DNA of 64,000 nucleotides from Bacteroidetes bacterium UBA7692 (GCA_002482725.1 DLGO01000038.1:16310-80309); one strand, 5' to 3'. Shown: positions 1 to 9,844, counted from the stretch's first letter. Notes: generated by a model from the sequence alone, not told the origin. Numbers and translations are program-made.

Positions 1-638
1 GCTTCTTCAGTAGTCAGCTTATTCAGTTTAGAGAATCGCCCGCTCATAATACCATCGCGCAGTTTATCCTCCAGTGAGCTGCTCCACGGCTGTGCCACAT
101 AGCTGATAAAACCTTTCCTGTACCAGTCGGGCAGGCTTAGCATTACGGCATTTTGCAAAAACTCTACAAACGAGCTTCCCGACATCAACTTATCAAAATA
201 CAGCCTTGCCAATCCTTCGCGTATCTGCTGGTCTACGTGCTCGTGCGACCCATTGAAATAGATGTATAGCTTATTTTCCGGAAGGTTGGTGGTGCCACCA
301 CCATTGTTGGCAGGCTCGTAAATACCGATATTGGTCTGGTTCAATTCATTGATGGAATTGTAGACTATCAAGTCTATCTTTCTGCGGTATTTAAAGTCCA
401 GAGTAGTGCTTAATTCCTTAGAAAACTCTTCGGCATACTTGATGGCATATTTGCCTACATCTTGCCCGCCCTGGTAGAAGTAGGTGTTGAAATGGTCGCT
501 TTCGTAAAAGGAGAAAATGAAGTCTTTGTATTGTACCCGGTTCTGTCCGTATTGCACAGTATTTGTTTGCGCCATAGTGTAATGAGCGCAGCCAAGGAAT
601 ACCAGAAAAAGGAATAATATTTTATATAGTAATTTCAA
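1..638 (-). CDS. secreted hypothetical protein, N-terminal part (gene runs off left edge)
   Basis: The minus-strand frame is open from the window edge. Its N-terminus reads (TTG at 638) KLLYKILFLFLVFLGCAHYT-M(ATG at 575)-AQTNTVQYGQNRVQYKDF..., which is signal-peptide-like. It is absent from the ORF track because no stop lies inside the window. Function not recognised. Confidence 0.6.
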   Translation of the reverse strand, partial: MKLLYKILFLFLVFLGCAHYTMAQTNTVQYGQNRVQYKDFIFSFYESDHFNTYFYQGGQDVGKYAIKYAEEFSKELSTTLDFKYRRKIDLIVYNSINELNQTNIGIYEPANNGGGTTNLPENKLYIYFNGSHEHVDQQIREGLARLYFDKLMSGSSFVEFLQNAVMLSLPDWYRKGFISYVAQPWSSSLEDKLRDGIMSGRFSKLNKLTTEE

Positions 639-690
639 TTCTACCGCGGATTTATTCGCAAAATGTTGAGCCTTAAAAGGTTCTCATCGC

Positions 691-698
691 TATCTTTG
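691..698 (+). promoter_or_regulatory. candidate Bacteroidetes -7 promoter box (TATCTTTG)
   Basis: Matches TAnnTTTG about 75 nt upstream of the 773 ATG. This is a single short motif, so support is weak. Confidence 0.25.
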
Positions 699-772
699 CA
701 CAATATAATATTTGCTGTAAACAAAACGAATTCTTTCGGGTTTTGAATTCCAGCTTTCTTAAATAAACTAAA

Positions 773-1429
773 ATGAAGATTAAAAAGTTCACGTTCAGCC
801 CGATTCAGGAAAATACTTATGTAGTTTACGATGAAACGGGAGAGTGCGTGATTATAGATCCGGGTTGCAGCAATGAAACAGAGCGACAGAAGCTGGCCCA
901 CTTCATACATGAAACCCGCCTCACTCCAGTTAAGCTGCTGAATACTCATTGCCATATAGACCATGTAGCGGGAAATAAGTTTGTAATGGAAACATACAAT
1001 GTAGGACTGCTGATACACCGCAATGAGTTGCCTATACTGCACGAAGCACCTAAGTTTTCACGTTTCTTTGGTTTAGAGTGCCCGCCATCGCCCGAGCCGG
1101 AGGCTTTTATAGATGAGAACGACACGGTTACTTTCGGTGAAACAACTTTTACAATTTTGTTTACACCCGGGCATTCGCCTGGCAGTATCTGCTTTTATAA
1201 TGCAGCGGAGAACAAAATATTTTCAGGCGATGTGTTGTTTATGGGAGGCATCGGCCGGTACGACCTGCCGGGTGCCAATGGTGCAGATCTTTTCAAAAGT
1301 TTGGACGAAACCATGATGGGCTTGCCCGATGATGTTACAGTATACTCAGGCCACGGTCCGGAAACTACTATAGGAAATGAGCGCAGGACAAATCCGTATC
1401 TCAATCCTGCTTTCCGTGACCAACTTTAA
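773..1429 (+). CDS. MBL-fold metallo-hydrolase (glyoxalase II-like)
   Basis: 218 aa with the HCHIDH metal-binding motif and a downstream GHSPGS and GH pattern typical of the metallo-beta-lactamase fold. Confidence 0.88.
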   Translation: MKIKKFTFSPIQENTYVVYDETGECVIIDPGCSNETERQKLAHFIHETRLTPVKLLNTHCHIDHVAGNKFVMETYNVGLLIHRNELPILHEAPKFSRFFGLECPPSPEPEAFIDENDTVTFGETTFTILFTPGHSPGSICFYNAAENKIFSGDVLFMGGIGRYDLPGANGADLFKSLDETMMGLPDDVTVYSGHGPETTIGNERRTNPYLNPAFRDQL

Positions 1430-1431
1430 CT

Positions 1432-1584
1432 ATGAAACAAAAACTAAAAGCCGATTTGCCCCAGAAAACCTGCATAGCCTGTAATCGTCCATTTAGCTGG
1501 CGAAAGAAATGGGAGCGGGATTGGGAGAACGTAAAGTACTGTAGCGATAGGTGCAGAAATGCTAAGCCAGGGGAGAAGCCTTAG
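1432..1584 (+). CDS. DUF2256-type small zinc-ribbon protein
   Basis: 50-aa ORF below the track cutoff: [50 protein letters not shown]. The C..C...F.WRKKW.RDW..V.YCS.RCR pattern matches the DUF2256 family. It starts 2 nt after the previous stop. Confidence 0.6.
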   Translation: MKQKLKADLPQKTCIACNRPFSWRKKWERDWENVKYCSDRCRNAKPGEKP

Positions 1585-1627
1585 TATGAAGCGGGTTTTT
1601 TAATGGGAGATAACTCCCAAAGTATTT

Positions 1628-1635
1628 TATTTTTG
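1628..1635 (+). promoter_or_regulatory. candidate -7 promoter box (TATTTTTG) for hppD
   Basis: TAnnTTTG match 20 nt upstream of the ATG at 1656. Confidence 0.3.
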
Positions 1636-1655
1636 AAAGATCAAACACAGAAGTT

Positions 1656-2786
1656 ATGAGCACATTAGAAGCAACAAATGCAACCGATACTTTAACGGAA
1701 GATTTTCTGCCGCTAAACGGAACAGACCATGTAGAGTTCTATGTAGGTAATGCCAAACAGAGCGCATATTATTACCAGAGCGCATGGGGTTATGAACTGG
1801 TAGCCTATTCCGGTCCGGAAACCGGTGTGCGCGACAGGGCAAGCTATGTATTGCAGCAAGGCAAGATAAGGATAGTGCTGACCACGGCCATGAGCCCTGA
1901 GCACGAAATATCGAAGCACCAACTGTTGCATGGTGATGGCGTAAAAATGATAGCACTTTGGGTAGATGATGCCCGCAAAAGCTTTGAAGAAACGACTAAG
2001 CGTGGTGCACGCCCTGCTATGGAGCCAACGGTGATAAAGGACGAACACGGTGAAGTGGTTATATCTGCTATATATACTTATGGCGAAACAATACACAAAT
2101 TTGTAGAACGCAAGAACTATAATGGCGCATTCCTGCCGGGCTATGTGGCTAAGAAAAGTGGAGTACCCGTAAAATCGGTGGGTCTAAAGCATATAGATCA
2201 CTGCGTAGGTAACGTGGAGTTGGGTAAAATGAACGAATGGGTGAAGTTTTACGAAGATGTAATGGGATTTAAACTATTGCTGACATTCGACGATGAGGAT
2301 ATATCTACTGAATACTCTGCGCTGATGAGCAAAGTGGTGAGCAATGGTAGCGGATTTGTGAAATTCCCTATCAATGAACCTGCCGCAGGCAAAAAGAAAT
2401 CTCAGATAGAAGAGTACCTGGATTTTTATCATGGGGAAGGACTGCAGCATATAGCTATAGCAACAGATGATATTATCAGCACAGTAACTGAACTGCGCGC
2501 AAGGGGCATAGAGTTCCTGCATGTGCCTGATAGCTACTACAGCGAGGTTTGGACACGCGTAGGTAAAATTAACGAAGACGTTGAAGCCATTAAGAGCTTG
2601 AATATTTTGGTAGACCGAGATGATGAAGGCTACCTGCTGCAATTGTTCACCAAGCCTATACAGGACAGGCCTACAGTATTCTTTGAGATAATACAGCGCT
2701 GCGGTGCCAAAAGCTTTGGTAAAGGCAACTTTAAAGCATTGTTCGAAGCGATAGAACGCGAGCAGGATCTCAGAGGGAATCTGTAA
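1656..2786 (+). CDS. hppD: 4-hydroxyphenylpyruvate dioxygenase
   Basis: 376 aa with two VOC/glyoxalase-like halves. The C-terminal FGKGNFKALFEAIEREQDLRGNL tail is characteristic of HPPD. Confidence 0.9.
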   Translation: MSTLEATNATDTLTEDFLPLNGTDHVEFYVGNAKQSAYYYQSAWGYELVAYSGPETGVRDRASYVLQQGKIRIVLTTAMSPEHEISKHQLLHGDGVKMIALWVDDARKSFEETTKRGARPAMEPTVIKDEHGEVVISAIYTYGETIHKFVERKNYNGAFLPGYVAKKSGVPVKSVGLKHIDHCVGNVELGKMNEWVKFYEDVMGFKLLLTFDDEDISTEYSALMSKVVSNGSGFVKFPINEPAAGKKKSQIEEYLDFYHGEGLQHIAIATDDIISTVTELRARGIEFLHVPDSYYSEVWTRVGKINEDVEAIKSLNILVDRDDEGYLLQLFTKPIQDRPTVFFEIIQRCGAKSFGKGNFKALFEAIEREQDLRGNL

Positions 2787-2922
2787 TGTGAGAAGGCAAT
2801 CGGAGCGGCATCTAAAGGGAGTTGCTTTTTAACTACATTATTTAGAAATAAGAAAGGCGATACACTTCACGTGTATCGCCTTTTCTATTGTGTAGCAATC
2901 GGGAGATTGTATCTTGTATTTC

Positions 2923-3633
2923 TTATTTTGCTTTTTTAGCTGGTGCTGCTTTTTTAGCCGGTGCTTTCTTCGCGGCTGGTTTTGCAGTTGCTTTAGCTTT
3001 ACTTGCCGGAGCTTTAGATGCTGTTGCTTTAGCAACAGCTTTCTTAGCAGGGGCTACCGCTTTGGTAGCAGTCTTTTTAGCTGTAGCTACTGTTTTCTTT
3101 GCAGTTCCTGTAGCCTTTGCTACTGCTTTTTTAGCAGTGCCTTGTGCTTTGGCTACTGTTTTCTTAGCCGATGTTTCTACTTTTTTAGCCACCTTAGCTA
3201 CGGCTTTGGTTGCTTTGCCGGCAGACTTAGTAGCTTTGGCGCCTGATTTAGAAGCAGATTTAGTAGCTGTATTAACTGCTTTGGTAGCTTTCTTCTGAGC
3301 ATCTTTTGCTACTGAGGTTACTTTAGCTTTTACTGCATTTACAGCCTTTGTTGCTTTGCCTTGCAGTGAACCACCTTTAGCTGATTTTGATGCTGTTTTT
3401 TTGCCACGAGAAGATGGTTCTAAAGAATGAGTTACTTTATCCAATCCTTCACCTATTACATCTACCGCCTTATCGCGCAGTTCTTCAGTTTTTTCTTTCA
3501 CACCTTCTATAGCGTGGGTTACCGCGCCTTTGATGCTGTCAGTAATTTCTGTAAACTTACCTTTAAGGTCAGAACCTTTAGAGTTTTTGGCGGCTGCTCC
3601 TGCAGATTTTCCGGATGGCTTATTCTTATTCAT
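2923..3633 (-). CDS. histone H1-like Lys/Ala-rich protein
   Basis: 236 aa. An N-terminal helical segment is followed by about 150 aa of AKKA/TKAV low-complexity repeats ending AAKKAPAKKAAPAKKAK. Opposite-strand ORFs here are low-complexity artefacts. Confidence 0.72.
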   Translation of the reverse strand: MNKNKPSGKSAGAAAKNSKGSDLKGKFTEITDSIKGAVTHAIEGVKEKTEELRDKAVDVIGEGLDKVTHSLEPSSRGKKTASKSAKGGSLQGKATKAVNAVKAKVTSVAKDAQKKATKAVNTATKSASKSGAKATKSAGKATKAVAKVAKKVETSAKKTVAKAQGTAKKAVAKATGTAKKTVATAKKTATKAVAPAKKAVAKATASKAPASKAKATAKPAAKKAPAKKAAPAKKAK

Positions 3634-4156
3634 TTCTCTTTGATTAATAGTTAAAAATTATATTATTCCTAAAGCTAAAAGCTTGTGCCTGAAGGACCAC
3701 TTCTAGCTTTCGTGGAGAAAATTACGCAAGTTTTTTTCTTTTTTTAAAATAGCTAAGAGAAATTATCGCGTTTTTTAAGATAATTACTCATTTAATGAGC
3801 TGATTTACGCAAAATTGAAAGGAAAAGCATATTGTGTGTATTTATTTGCTCAAAATGGGTATTAAATTACCTTAATTGAGCAGTTATTCTACATTCCTAA
3901 TTTCCAATTCGTATCTTAGTCCCATTATACCGGAGTTTCAAATTCCTGATAATATATTGACAAAGGCACTGGTAATTAGCTATTAGCTAATAGTGGCAAG
4001 GGGCTTTTATAAATATAAAAATATATGCCTTCATTTTTGGCATCATTTTCTATTAAGTAGTAGCATGACTATTTTAATCCCTAATGTTGTTGATGACAGG
4101 TTCATTATCGTACAGGGATTAGTTTTATCAACTTAACTAACGCAACACAGAGACTT

Positions 4157-5686
4157 ATGCCTTTAATTTATGTAATAGATGACGATGCGGATATAACGGC
4201 GCTACTGAAGCGTTTCTTATCCAAAAACGGGTATGAGGTAGAAGTTGCCACGAGTGGTAAGGAGGGCCTTGCCAAACTGGAAGCCAGGAAGCCTGATCTT
4301 GTAATGAGTGATTTCCGTTTGGGAGATTATGATGGTGCAGACCTTTTGGTACGCATGAAAGAAATGTATGCAGATGTGCCGGTTATCATCATTACCGGTT
4401 ACTCTGATGTAAAGATAGCTGTAAAGGTTCTGCGCCTTGGAGCATTTGACTATGTAACCAAGCCACTTCTACCAGAAGAGATATTGCTTACTATTAAGAA
4501 AGCATTGCAGTCGGGAGGAGAATCTACGCAGCATGATCATGCATTTACATCAGATAGTTTGTCGACAACACCTTCAGAGAAAAAACAGCAAGCATCTAAT
4601 GCTCACTATAAAAAAGGCAATAGCAATTACCTTTTTGGTAAAAGTGATGCTTCGCAGAATCTGCTAAGGCAGATAGAGCTGGTAGCACCTACCAACTATA
4701 GCATTATAATATATGGCGAAAGCGGGGCCGGTAAAGAAGGCGTAGCGCGCACCATACATGAAAGAAGCAAACGATCGTCAAAACCTTTTGTGGCCATGGA
4801 TTGCGGAGCTATTTCAAAAGAATTAGCGAATAGTGAATTGTTTGGCCATGAAAAGGGTTCATTTACGGGTGCGCTGGCACAGAAGATTGGCCACTTTGAA
4901 ATGGCCAATGGTGGAACTCTGTTCCTGGATGAAGTATCTAATTTGCCTTATGATGTACAGGTAGCCTTGCTGCGTGTAGTGCAAGAGCGTAAGGTAAAGC
5001 GGATTGGCAGTACCAAAGAGATTGACATTGATGTTCGCATAATAGTAGCCAGTAATGAACGTCTTTCTGAAGCATACAAAAAAGGTAAATTCAGGGAGGA
5101 TCTATATCATCGTTTTAACGAGTTCGGTATAGAATTGCCACCACTGCGCGATCGTGGTGAGGATATCATCAATTTTGCCCATTTCTTTTTGGAGCAAACC
5201 AGCGCCGATTTGGGTAAGCACATAACCGGTATAGAACCGGAGGCTCAAAAAATATTTTTGAATTACAGCTGGCCGGGCAATTTGCGCGAGTTGAAGAATG
5301 TGATTAAAAGGGCTGCCCTGCTTTCCGAAGGAAATGAAATACAGGCCCGTGCACTACCATTCGAGCTGGTAAACCAAAGCAAGCTATTCTTTGAGGATAG
5401 TAGCACAGATAATTCGGCCCATCAAACTCAGCGCATATATACTGAACATGTGCCTGCACCTGTAGTAAGCAGTAACAATACTACCACGAACCACAGCTAT
5501 ACAGCTGCCAGTAGTACTAAGGAACCATTGAACCTGAAAAAAGCGGCATTGGAAGCAGAGTATGAAACAATACTGAATGCATTGAAGCAAGCCAACTTTA
5601 ACAAGTCTAAGGCTGCCCAGATACTAGGCATAGACCGCAAAACACTATATAACAAAATGAAATTGATAAACCCGGATAAAGAATGA
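4157..5686 (+). CDS. sigma-54-dependent response regulator (NtrC-type bEBP)
   Basis: Contains a receiver domain (DDDADI...MSDFRLGDYDG), an AAA+ core with Walker A GESGAGKE and sigma-54 contact loop GSFTGA, and a C-terminal Fis-type HTH (KSKAAQILGIDRKTLYNKM). Confidence 0.92.
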   Translation: MPLIYVIDDDADITALLKRFLSKNGYEVEVATSGKEGLAKLEARKPDLVMSDFRLGDYDGADLLVRMKEMYADVPVIIITGYSDVKIAVKVLRLGAFDYVTKPLLPEEILLTIKKALQSGGESTQHDHAFTSDSLSTTPSEKKQQASNAHYKKGNSNYLFGKSDASQNLLRQIELVAPTNYSIIIYGESGAGKEGVARTIHERSKRSSKPFVAMDCGAISKELANSELFGHEKGSFTGALAQKIGHFEMANGGTLFLDEVSNLPYDVQVALLRVVQERKVKRIGSTKEIDIDVRIIVASNERLSEAYKKGKFREDLYHRFNEFGIELPPLRDRGEDIINFAHFFLEQTSADLGKHITGIEPEAQKIFLNYSWPGNLRELKNVIKRAALLSEGNEIQARALPFELVNQSKLFFEDSSTDNSAHQTQRIYTEHVPAPVVSSNNTTTNHSYTAASSTKEPLNLKKAALEAEYETILNALKQANFNKSKAAQILGIDRKTLYNKMKLINPDKE

Positions 5687-7140
5687 AAAACACCATAGCA
5701 TCCACACCCGGAAAAGCTTTATCCATATTAGTAATAGATGATGATAAGGATGATATATATATCGTGTGCGATTACCTTAAGTCCATTACTGATTTTGATA
5801 TCACTATTGATACAGAAATTAATTATGCGAAAGCAGAGCAGCGCATTGCAGAGAATAAGCACGACCTGTACTTTGTAGATTACCTGCTTGGTATAAAGAC
5901 GGGTCTAGACCTGATACAAGCAAGCATTAATAATGGAAACAGGAAACCCTTTATATTGCTTACCGGTAAGGGTTACCATACGGTAGATATGCAGGCTGCG
6001 CAAAGCGGAGCCTACGACTATCTGGTAAAGGGTGAAATAAATTCGGAATTGCTGGAGCGTAGTATCAGGTATTCGCTGGAGCGATACAAATCGTATGTAT
6101 CGCTACTGGAAAGTGAAACCAGGTACAAAGAGATTTTCTCTAAATCTAAAGACAGTATTTTTTTAGCTGCAGCAGATGGGTCTTTCATTGATTTTAATGA
6201 GGCACTAACCGGTGTACTTGGGTATTCCGGCGAGGAGCTAAGGAAAATGAAGATTGATGAGCTCTTTACAGATCCGCAGCAATGTGCGGTTCTAATCATC
6301 GCAATGGAGGCTGAGGGGGAAGTAACCGATATGGAAATATCGCTGAATACTAAAGACAACGAACCGAAGCACTTTATTGCATCAGGCATACGGATAGCAA
6401 GCGAGGATGGTACTGTAGTGTACCAGGGATTGCTGCACGACTATACCGAACGTAAGCGCTCTGAAAAAGAAAAAGTACAGACTGAGAAGATAGGTGCTAT
6501 AAGCAGGTTAGTTAGCAGTCTGGCACATGAGATAAGAAATCCGTTGACCAATATTAACCTAGCAATGGAGCAGTTGAAACCGGACCTATCGGAAGATAAC
6601 CAAATGCTGGGCGACATAGTGGTGCGCAATAGCAAGCGTATAAACGACCTGATTTCGGATCTTGTAAATTTGTCGAAAGCCGAGAAGATGGAGCTGATGC
6701 CATTGGATATAAAATTCATAATGGACGCTACACTCGGGCACGCAATAGACCGTATAAATCTGAAAGGAATTGCCCTGGAAACAGCATTCCCAAAAGACCC
6801 TGTATTTGTACAGGCGGATATAGAGAAGGTTAAGATGGCTTTTCTAAATATTATAATAAACGCTGTGGAGGCTATGGAAGAAGGTTGCGGCAAACTGGAG
6901 ATACATGCTATAAAAACAGGGACTAGTGTCTTTATCAAAATAAGGGATAATGGCTGTGGCATATCTGCAGAGTCTATTCCTTATCTTTTTGAACCGTACT
7001 ATACTCAAAAGCAGTCGGGCACAGGATTAGGATTATCTACAACCCATAATATAATACAGCAACATAAAGGGCAGATAGATGTAAAATCTGAGCCGGGAAA
7101 AGGTACTGAATTTGTAGTGCGCTTGCCAATTGCAGCTTAA
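5683..7140 (+). CDS. hybrid sensor histidine kinase (receiver-PAS-HisKA-HATPase)
   Basis: Has an ATGA overlap with the upstream bEBP gene. It carries an N-terminal receiver, a PAS-like segment, the H-box SSLAHEIRNPLT, and G boxes DNGCGI and GTGLGL. Confidence 0.9.
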   Translation: MKNTIASTPGKALSILVIDDDKDDIYIVCDYLKSITDFDITIDTEINYAKAEQRIAENKHDLYFVDYLLGIKTGLDLIQASINNGNRKPFILLTGKGYHTVDMQAAQSGAYDYLVKGEINSELLERSIRYSLERYKSYVSLLESETRYKEIFSKSKDSIFLAAADGSFIDFNEALTGVLGYSGEELRKMKIDELFTDPQQCAVLIIAMEAEGEVTDMEISLNTKDNEPKHFIASGIRIASEDGTVVYQGLLHDYTERKRSEKEKVQTEKIGAISRLVSSLAHEIRNPLTNINLAMEQLKPDLSEDNQMLGDIVVRNSKRINDLISDLVNLSKAEKMELMPLDIKFIMDATLGHAIDRINLKGIALETAFPKDPVFVQADIEKVKMAFLNIIINAVEAMEEGCGKLEIHAIKTGTSVFIKIRDNGCGISAESIPYLFEPYYTQKQSGTGLGLSTTHNIIQQHKGQIDVKSEPGKGTEFVVRLPIAA

Positions 7141-7161
7141 ACTCCTGAACATATAAAGCAT

Positions 7162-7195
7162 AAAAAAAGCCGGTTGAAACTCAACCGGCTTTTTA
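7162..7195. terminator. bidirectional rho-independent terminator
   Basis: A 10-bp stem (AGCCGGTTGA aac TCAACCGGCT) flanked by an A-run and a T-run, lying between convergent genes. Confidence 0.8.
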
Positions 7196-7214
7196 GTGTC
7201 TTCTATATTTTATA

Positions 7215-7553
7215 TTAAGCTTCCTGTGCCTGGGGTTCAACCAATGCAAGGACTTGTTCTGTAATCTTTTTTACCAGGATGGATACCACCACAGATGAGA
7301 TAATTTGCCAGATAACACCTTTGTGTTTTAATCCATAAATAGCGAAAGCTACCAGGGCAACTTTCTTAACCAAACCTGTTACATCTACTCCTTGAAGCAT
7401 GTTTTGTATAGTATGGCCAATATTTGAAAATGATTCCAGTGGAGCCAGATAGCTTTCGTGCACCTGATCTACAGTAGCTTGAAGTGTAAGCTTAGATTGA
7501 TTCATCTTTTCTTCCAGTTCATGTTTTGCGGTGGTTATTTCTTCTTGAGTCAT
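7215..7553 (-). CDS. hypothetical protein with C-terminal membrane helix
   Basis: 112-aa ORF whose start overlaps the stop of the upstream gene by 4 nt, making it the last gene of a three-gene minus-strand operon. Confidence 0.6.
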   Translation of the reverse strand: MTQEEITTAKHELEEKMNQSKLTLQATVDQVHESYLAPLESFSNIGHTIQNMLQGVDVTGLVKKVALVAFAIYGLKHKGVIWQIISSVVVSILVKKITEQVLALVEPQAQEA

Positions 7554-7903
7554 GGCTCTGTATTTTCGTTAAGTTTAGAATACATAGATTGGATCAGGGT
7601 TTTTTTCAGGGGTTTTCTTTTAAAAATTAATAGCACCAAGAATACCGTAAGGTAAACAGAAGACACTATCAGAAAGCCCAAGGCAGAGTTATCAAGTGCA
7701 TGTCCTATTGACAAGGCTGCTGCTACACTTGCAAAAACAAGAAAGAGCAGAAAAAAAGTACTCAGTATTAAAATTCCAATCAACGAGGCAAGGACTTCAG
7801 CAGTTTTATCTACAGCATCCAGCTTAGTAAACTCCCACTTTGCGTCCAGATAATCTACCAGGTTTTTGAATAAATTATTGAATATGCTTTTCTGCTCTTC
7901 CAT
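7550..7903 (-). CDS. phage-holin-family / DUF1469-like small membrane protein
   Basis: 117 aa with two central hydrophobic helices. The context (downstream of a YtxH gene) is typical of this family in Bacteroidetes. Confidence 0.6.
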   Translation of the reverse strand: MEEQKSIFNNLFKNLVDYLDAKWEFTKLDAVDKTAEVLASLIGILILSTFFLLFLVFASVAAALSIGHALDNSALGFLIVSSVYLTVFLVLLIFKRKPLKKTLIQSMYSKLNENTEP

Positions 7904-7927
7904 GTAATTATTGTGTGCCGGTTATAC

Positions 7928-8287
7928 TTAAGAAAGTGACTGACCAAGTTTGCCGGCTGTGTTTGAAGCTTCTTTTACATGGTTCGTTGCTTCTTTTGTA
8001 ACTTCATTTACCTTGCTTTGAGCTGAGGCAACTTTGTCTTGTACTTTGTCCTGAACCTGATCAGCTACCTGTCCTGCAACTTTAGTTGCTTTACCGGTAA
8101 GATCAGAGAGCATTTCGCGGCCATCCTGATATTTTTCCATAAGTTGAGCTGTTAGTTTGTCAACTTCTTTAGCTACAGTTGCTTTAACTGTTTTGCCTAC
8201 TCCGCTTTCTGATATTAAAAAGCCGATAGCTACTCCTGCGGCTACTCCGGCGAATACGCCTAGTGCCAATTTTTGTTTGTCTGTCAT
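7928..8287 (-). CDS. YtxH domain-containing protein
   Basis: 119 aa. An N-terminal helix (ALGVFAGVAAGVAIGFLI) is followed by a coiled, Lys/Gln-rich segment, which is the YtxH general-stress pattern. Confidence 0.7.
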   Translation of the reverse strand: MTDKQKLALGVFAGVAAGVAIGFLISESGVGKTVKATVAKEVDKLTAQLMEKYQDGREMLSDLTGKATKVAGQVADQVQDKVQDKVASAQSKVNEVTKEATNHVKEASNTAGKLGQSLS

Positions 8288-8703
8288 GATTGTATATTTA
8301 AAAATTAGAAAATAAAACGTTGTTCGACAACCTGTCGCGCATGATCAACAGGGATACATTTGTCTTTACATGCTTATCCTTTAATTCTTCCTGACCGGAA
8401 ATACGGTAAAGGAGCATCAAAGAATTTGACTGTATATTCATCATTGCGATGCGTAGCGAAGCTTGTAGAGATTTCATAATGCTCTTGTTTTGCAAAGCCT
8501 TTAATAATTCTATTCCATAAAAGTTTGTGGGGAAATGGGGAAATGAAGTCACTCGGATTCCACATTATAACTTGGTAGCACCACTTTAGTAAGCATAATT
8601 GTGGAAGAACCGGTATATACTACTATATAAAGGATTTCGCCTTGGACCCTGTTGTGGCATGGGATTTTAACATTCGCTTCATTAATTAACTAAATATTAT
8701 TTT

Positions 8704-8856
8704 ATGAGAGCGATATTGTATGTGATTGCCGTGATACTTGTAATAGGTTGGGTAATCGGATTTGTAGGATACAGTGCGGGTTACCTTATCCATATATTAT
8801 TGGTGTTTGCCATTATATCTTTTTTGATAGGTGTTATCAGAAGGGGGGATGTTTAA
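8704..8856 (+). CDS. lmo0937-family small membrane protein
   Basis: 50-aa ORF below the track cutoff: MRAILYVIAVILVIGWVIGFVGYSAGYLIHILLVFAIISFLIGVIRRGDV. It has the two-helix pattern of the lmo0937 family. Confidence 0.6.
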   Translation: MRAILYVIAVILVIGWVIGFVGYSAGYLIHILLVFAIISFLIGVIRRGDV

Positions 8857-8904
8857 CTTTAAGAAATATCTAACTATTACATTAACTATTAAAAACGAGA
8901 AAAA

Positions 8905-9171
8905 ATGAAACGTATAATATTTGCGTTGGCAATATGCACCGGGATGGGGCTGGCTAGCTGTAACGACCACAAGGTAAAGGAAGAGAAAGAAGGGGTAGAA
9001 ATAAATGGAAAGCACGGAGGTTCCCTGGATGCGGATAAGGATGGGCTTGATATAGAAGGTAAGAAGGGTGGTGAACTGGAAATAAATAAGGATAAGCTGC
9101 AAATAGAGGGGAAAGATGGTGGAGAGCTCCGTATAGACGACAATGGTATAAAGATCAAGAAAAAGGACTAA
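8905..9171 (+). CDS. small repeat-containing lipoprotein
   Basis: 88 aa with the lipobox LASC, followed by three degenerate (I/L)EG.KGGEL.I..D repeats. Confidence 0.6.
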   Translation: MKRIIFALAICTGMGLASCNDHKVKEEKEGVEINGKHGGSLDADKDGLDIEGKKGGELEINKDKLQIEGKDGGELRIDDNGIKIKKKD

Positions 9172-9200
9172 GGACTATTCACTCCTCTATATAAATACAA

Positions 9201-9228
9201 AGGGAACTGCACTGCAGTTCCCTTTTTT
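9201..9228 (+). terminator. rho-independent terminator
   Basis: Stem GGGAACTGC act GCAGTTCCC followed by TTTTTT. Confidence 0.75.
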
Positions 9229-9401
9229 ATTGATACTTATCTGAAACAACCATAAGCAAATCGATAGTCACAATATACCTCGTTGTATTGCCCAAAATGG
9301 GGAAATAGCTAACCATAGTGGATGCTCAATAGCCTGAAAAGGTATTGGCACTGGGTTTTAAATGTACTGGTATATTATTTACCAATAAAAAATTAAACGT
9401 C

Positions 9402-9599
9402 ATGAAAACTTTAATATTAGCTGCGGCAACATTGCTGATAGCATCAACAGCATCTTCTTGCAAACAGTGTTCAGTATGTACAAAAACAAATGAGCCGGAA
9501 GTGCGCTATTGCGAAAAAGATTACGATTCGAAAACACAATATGGCCTTGCGGTAGATGTAAAAGAATCTCAAGGGTTCAACTGCAAAGAGTCTATTTAA
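9402..9599 (+). CDS. small Cys-rich lipoprotein
   Basis: The ATG at 9402, inside track ORF 9345-9599, gives MKTLILAAATLLIASTASSCKQC... with a signal peptide and lipobox. Confidence 0.55.
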   Translation: MKTLILAAATLLIASTASSCKQCSVCTKTNEPEVRYCEKDYDSKTQYGLAVDVKESQGFNCKESI

Positions 9600-9627
9600 G
9601 ATAGGGTGTTATGGGTTTAGTAGATGG

Positions 9628-9656
9628 GAAGGGCTGCATTGCAGCCCTTCTTTTTT
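9628..9656 (+). terminator. rho-independent terminator
   Basis: Stem GAAGGGCTGC att GCAGCCCTTC followed by TTTTTT. Confidence 0.8.
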
Positions 9657-9661
9657 GCGTT

Positions 9662-9707
9662 AAACTAAAAGCGCGAACCAGGAATATCAGGTTCGCGCTT
9701 TTAGTTT
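9662..9707. terminator. 18-bp perfect hairpin (second, bidirectional terminator-like element)
   Basis: AAACTAAAAGCGCGAACC (10-nt loop) GGTTCGCGCTTTTAGTTT. The A/T-rich arm ends give U-runs on either strand. Confidence 0.55.
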
Positions 9708-9844
9708 GTTATAAAATATGCCTATGCCAAAAATTTATATATGCCCATGTAACAGCCAAACTGTAAACGATTGTACCCTAGGCTTGTGTAGATTGCGCAA
9801 TAGCTGTGAATTAAAATCATTTGAAAGTGCAGATTCATAAAACG

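Noticed and set aside
641-1042. A 133-aa minus-strand ORF overlapping the start of the MBL hydrolase gene.
   Set aside because: It overlaps a gene with clear family motifs and the promoter region. It has no recognisable features and an odd composition.
2888-3298. Plus-strand ORFs (136 and 110 aa) opposite the histone H1-like gene.
   Set aside because: These are the reverse-complement reading of the AKKA repeat DNA, giving Ala/Leu/Phe low-complexity strings. The minus-strand product has the coherent H1-like composition and a proper start.
8298-8565. Two overlapping minus-strand ORFs (84 and 63 aa) in the 416-bp gap between the YtxH operon and the lmo0937-family gene.
   Set aside because: They overlap in different frames and have no signal peptide, TM or family motif. 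They lie where the YtxH operon promoter is expected. A real small gene cannot be excluded, but it is not supportable.
8655-8670. TGGCATGGGATTTTAA here, and TGGCACTGGGTTTTAA at 9346-9361, lie 49 and 56 nt upstream of two small-protein genes next to rpoN. They looked like sigma-54 -24 elements.
   Set aside because: Both lack the invariant GC at -12, with TTTA at the GG-N10 position. TGGCA plus a T-run is easily found by chance in AT-rich intergenic DNA.
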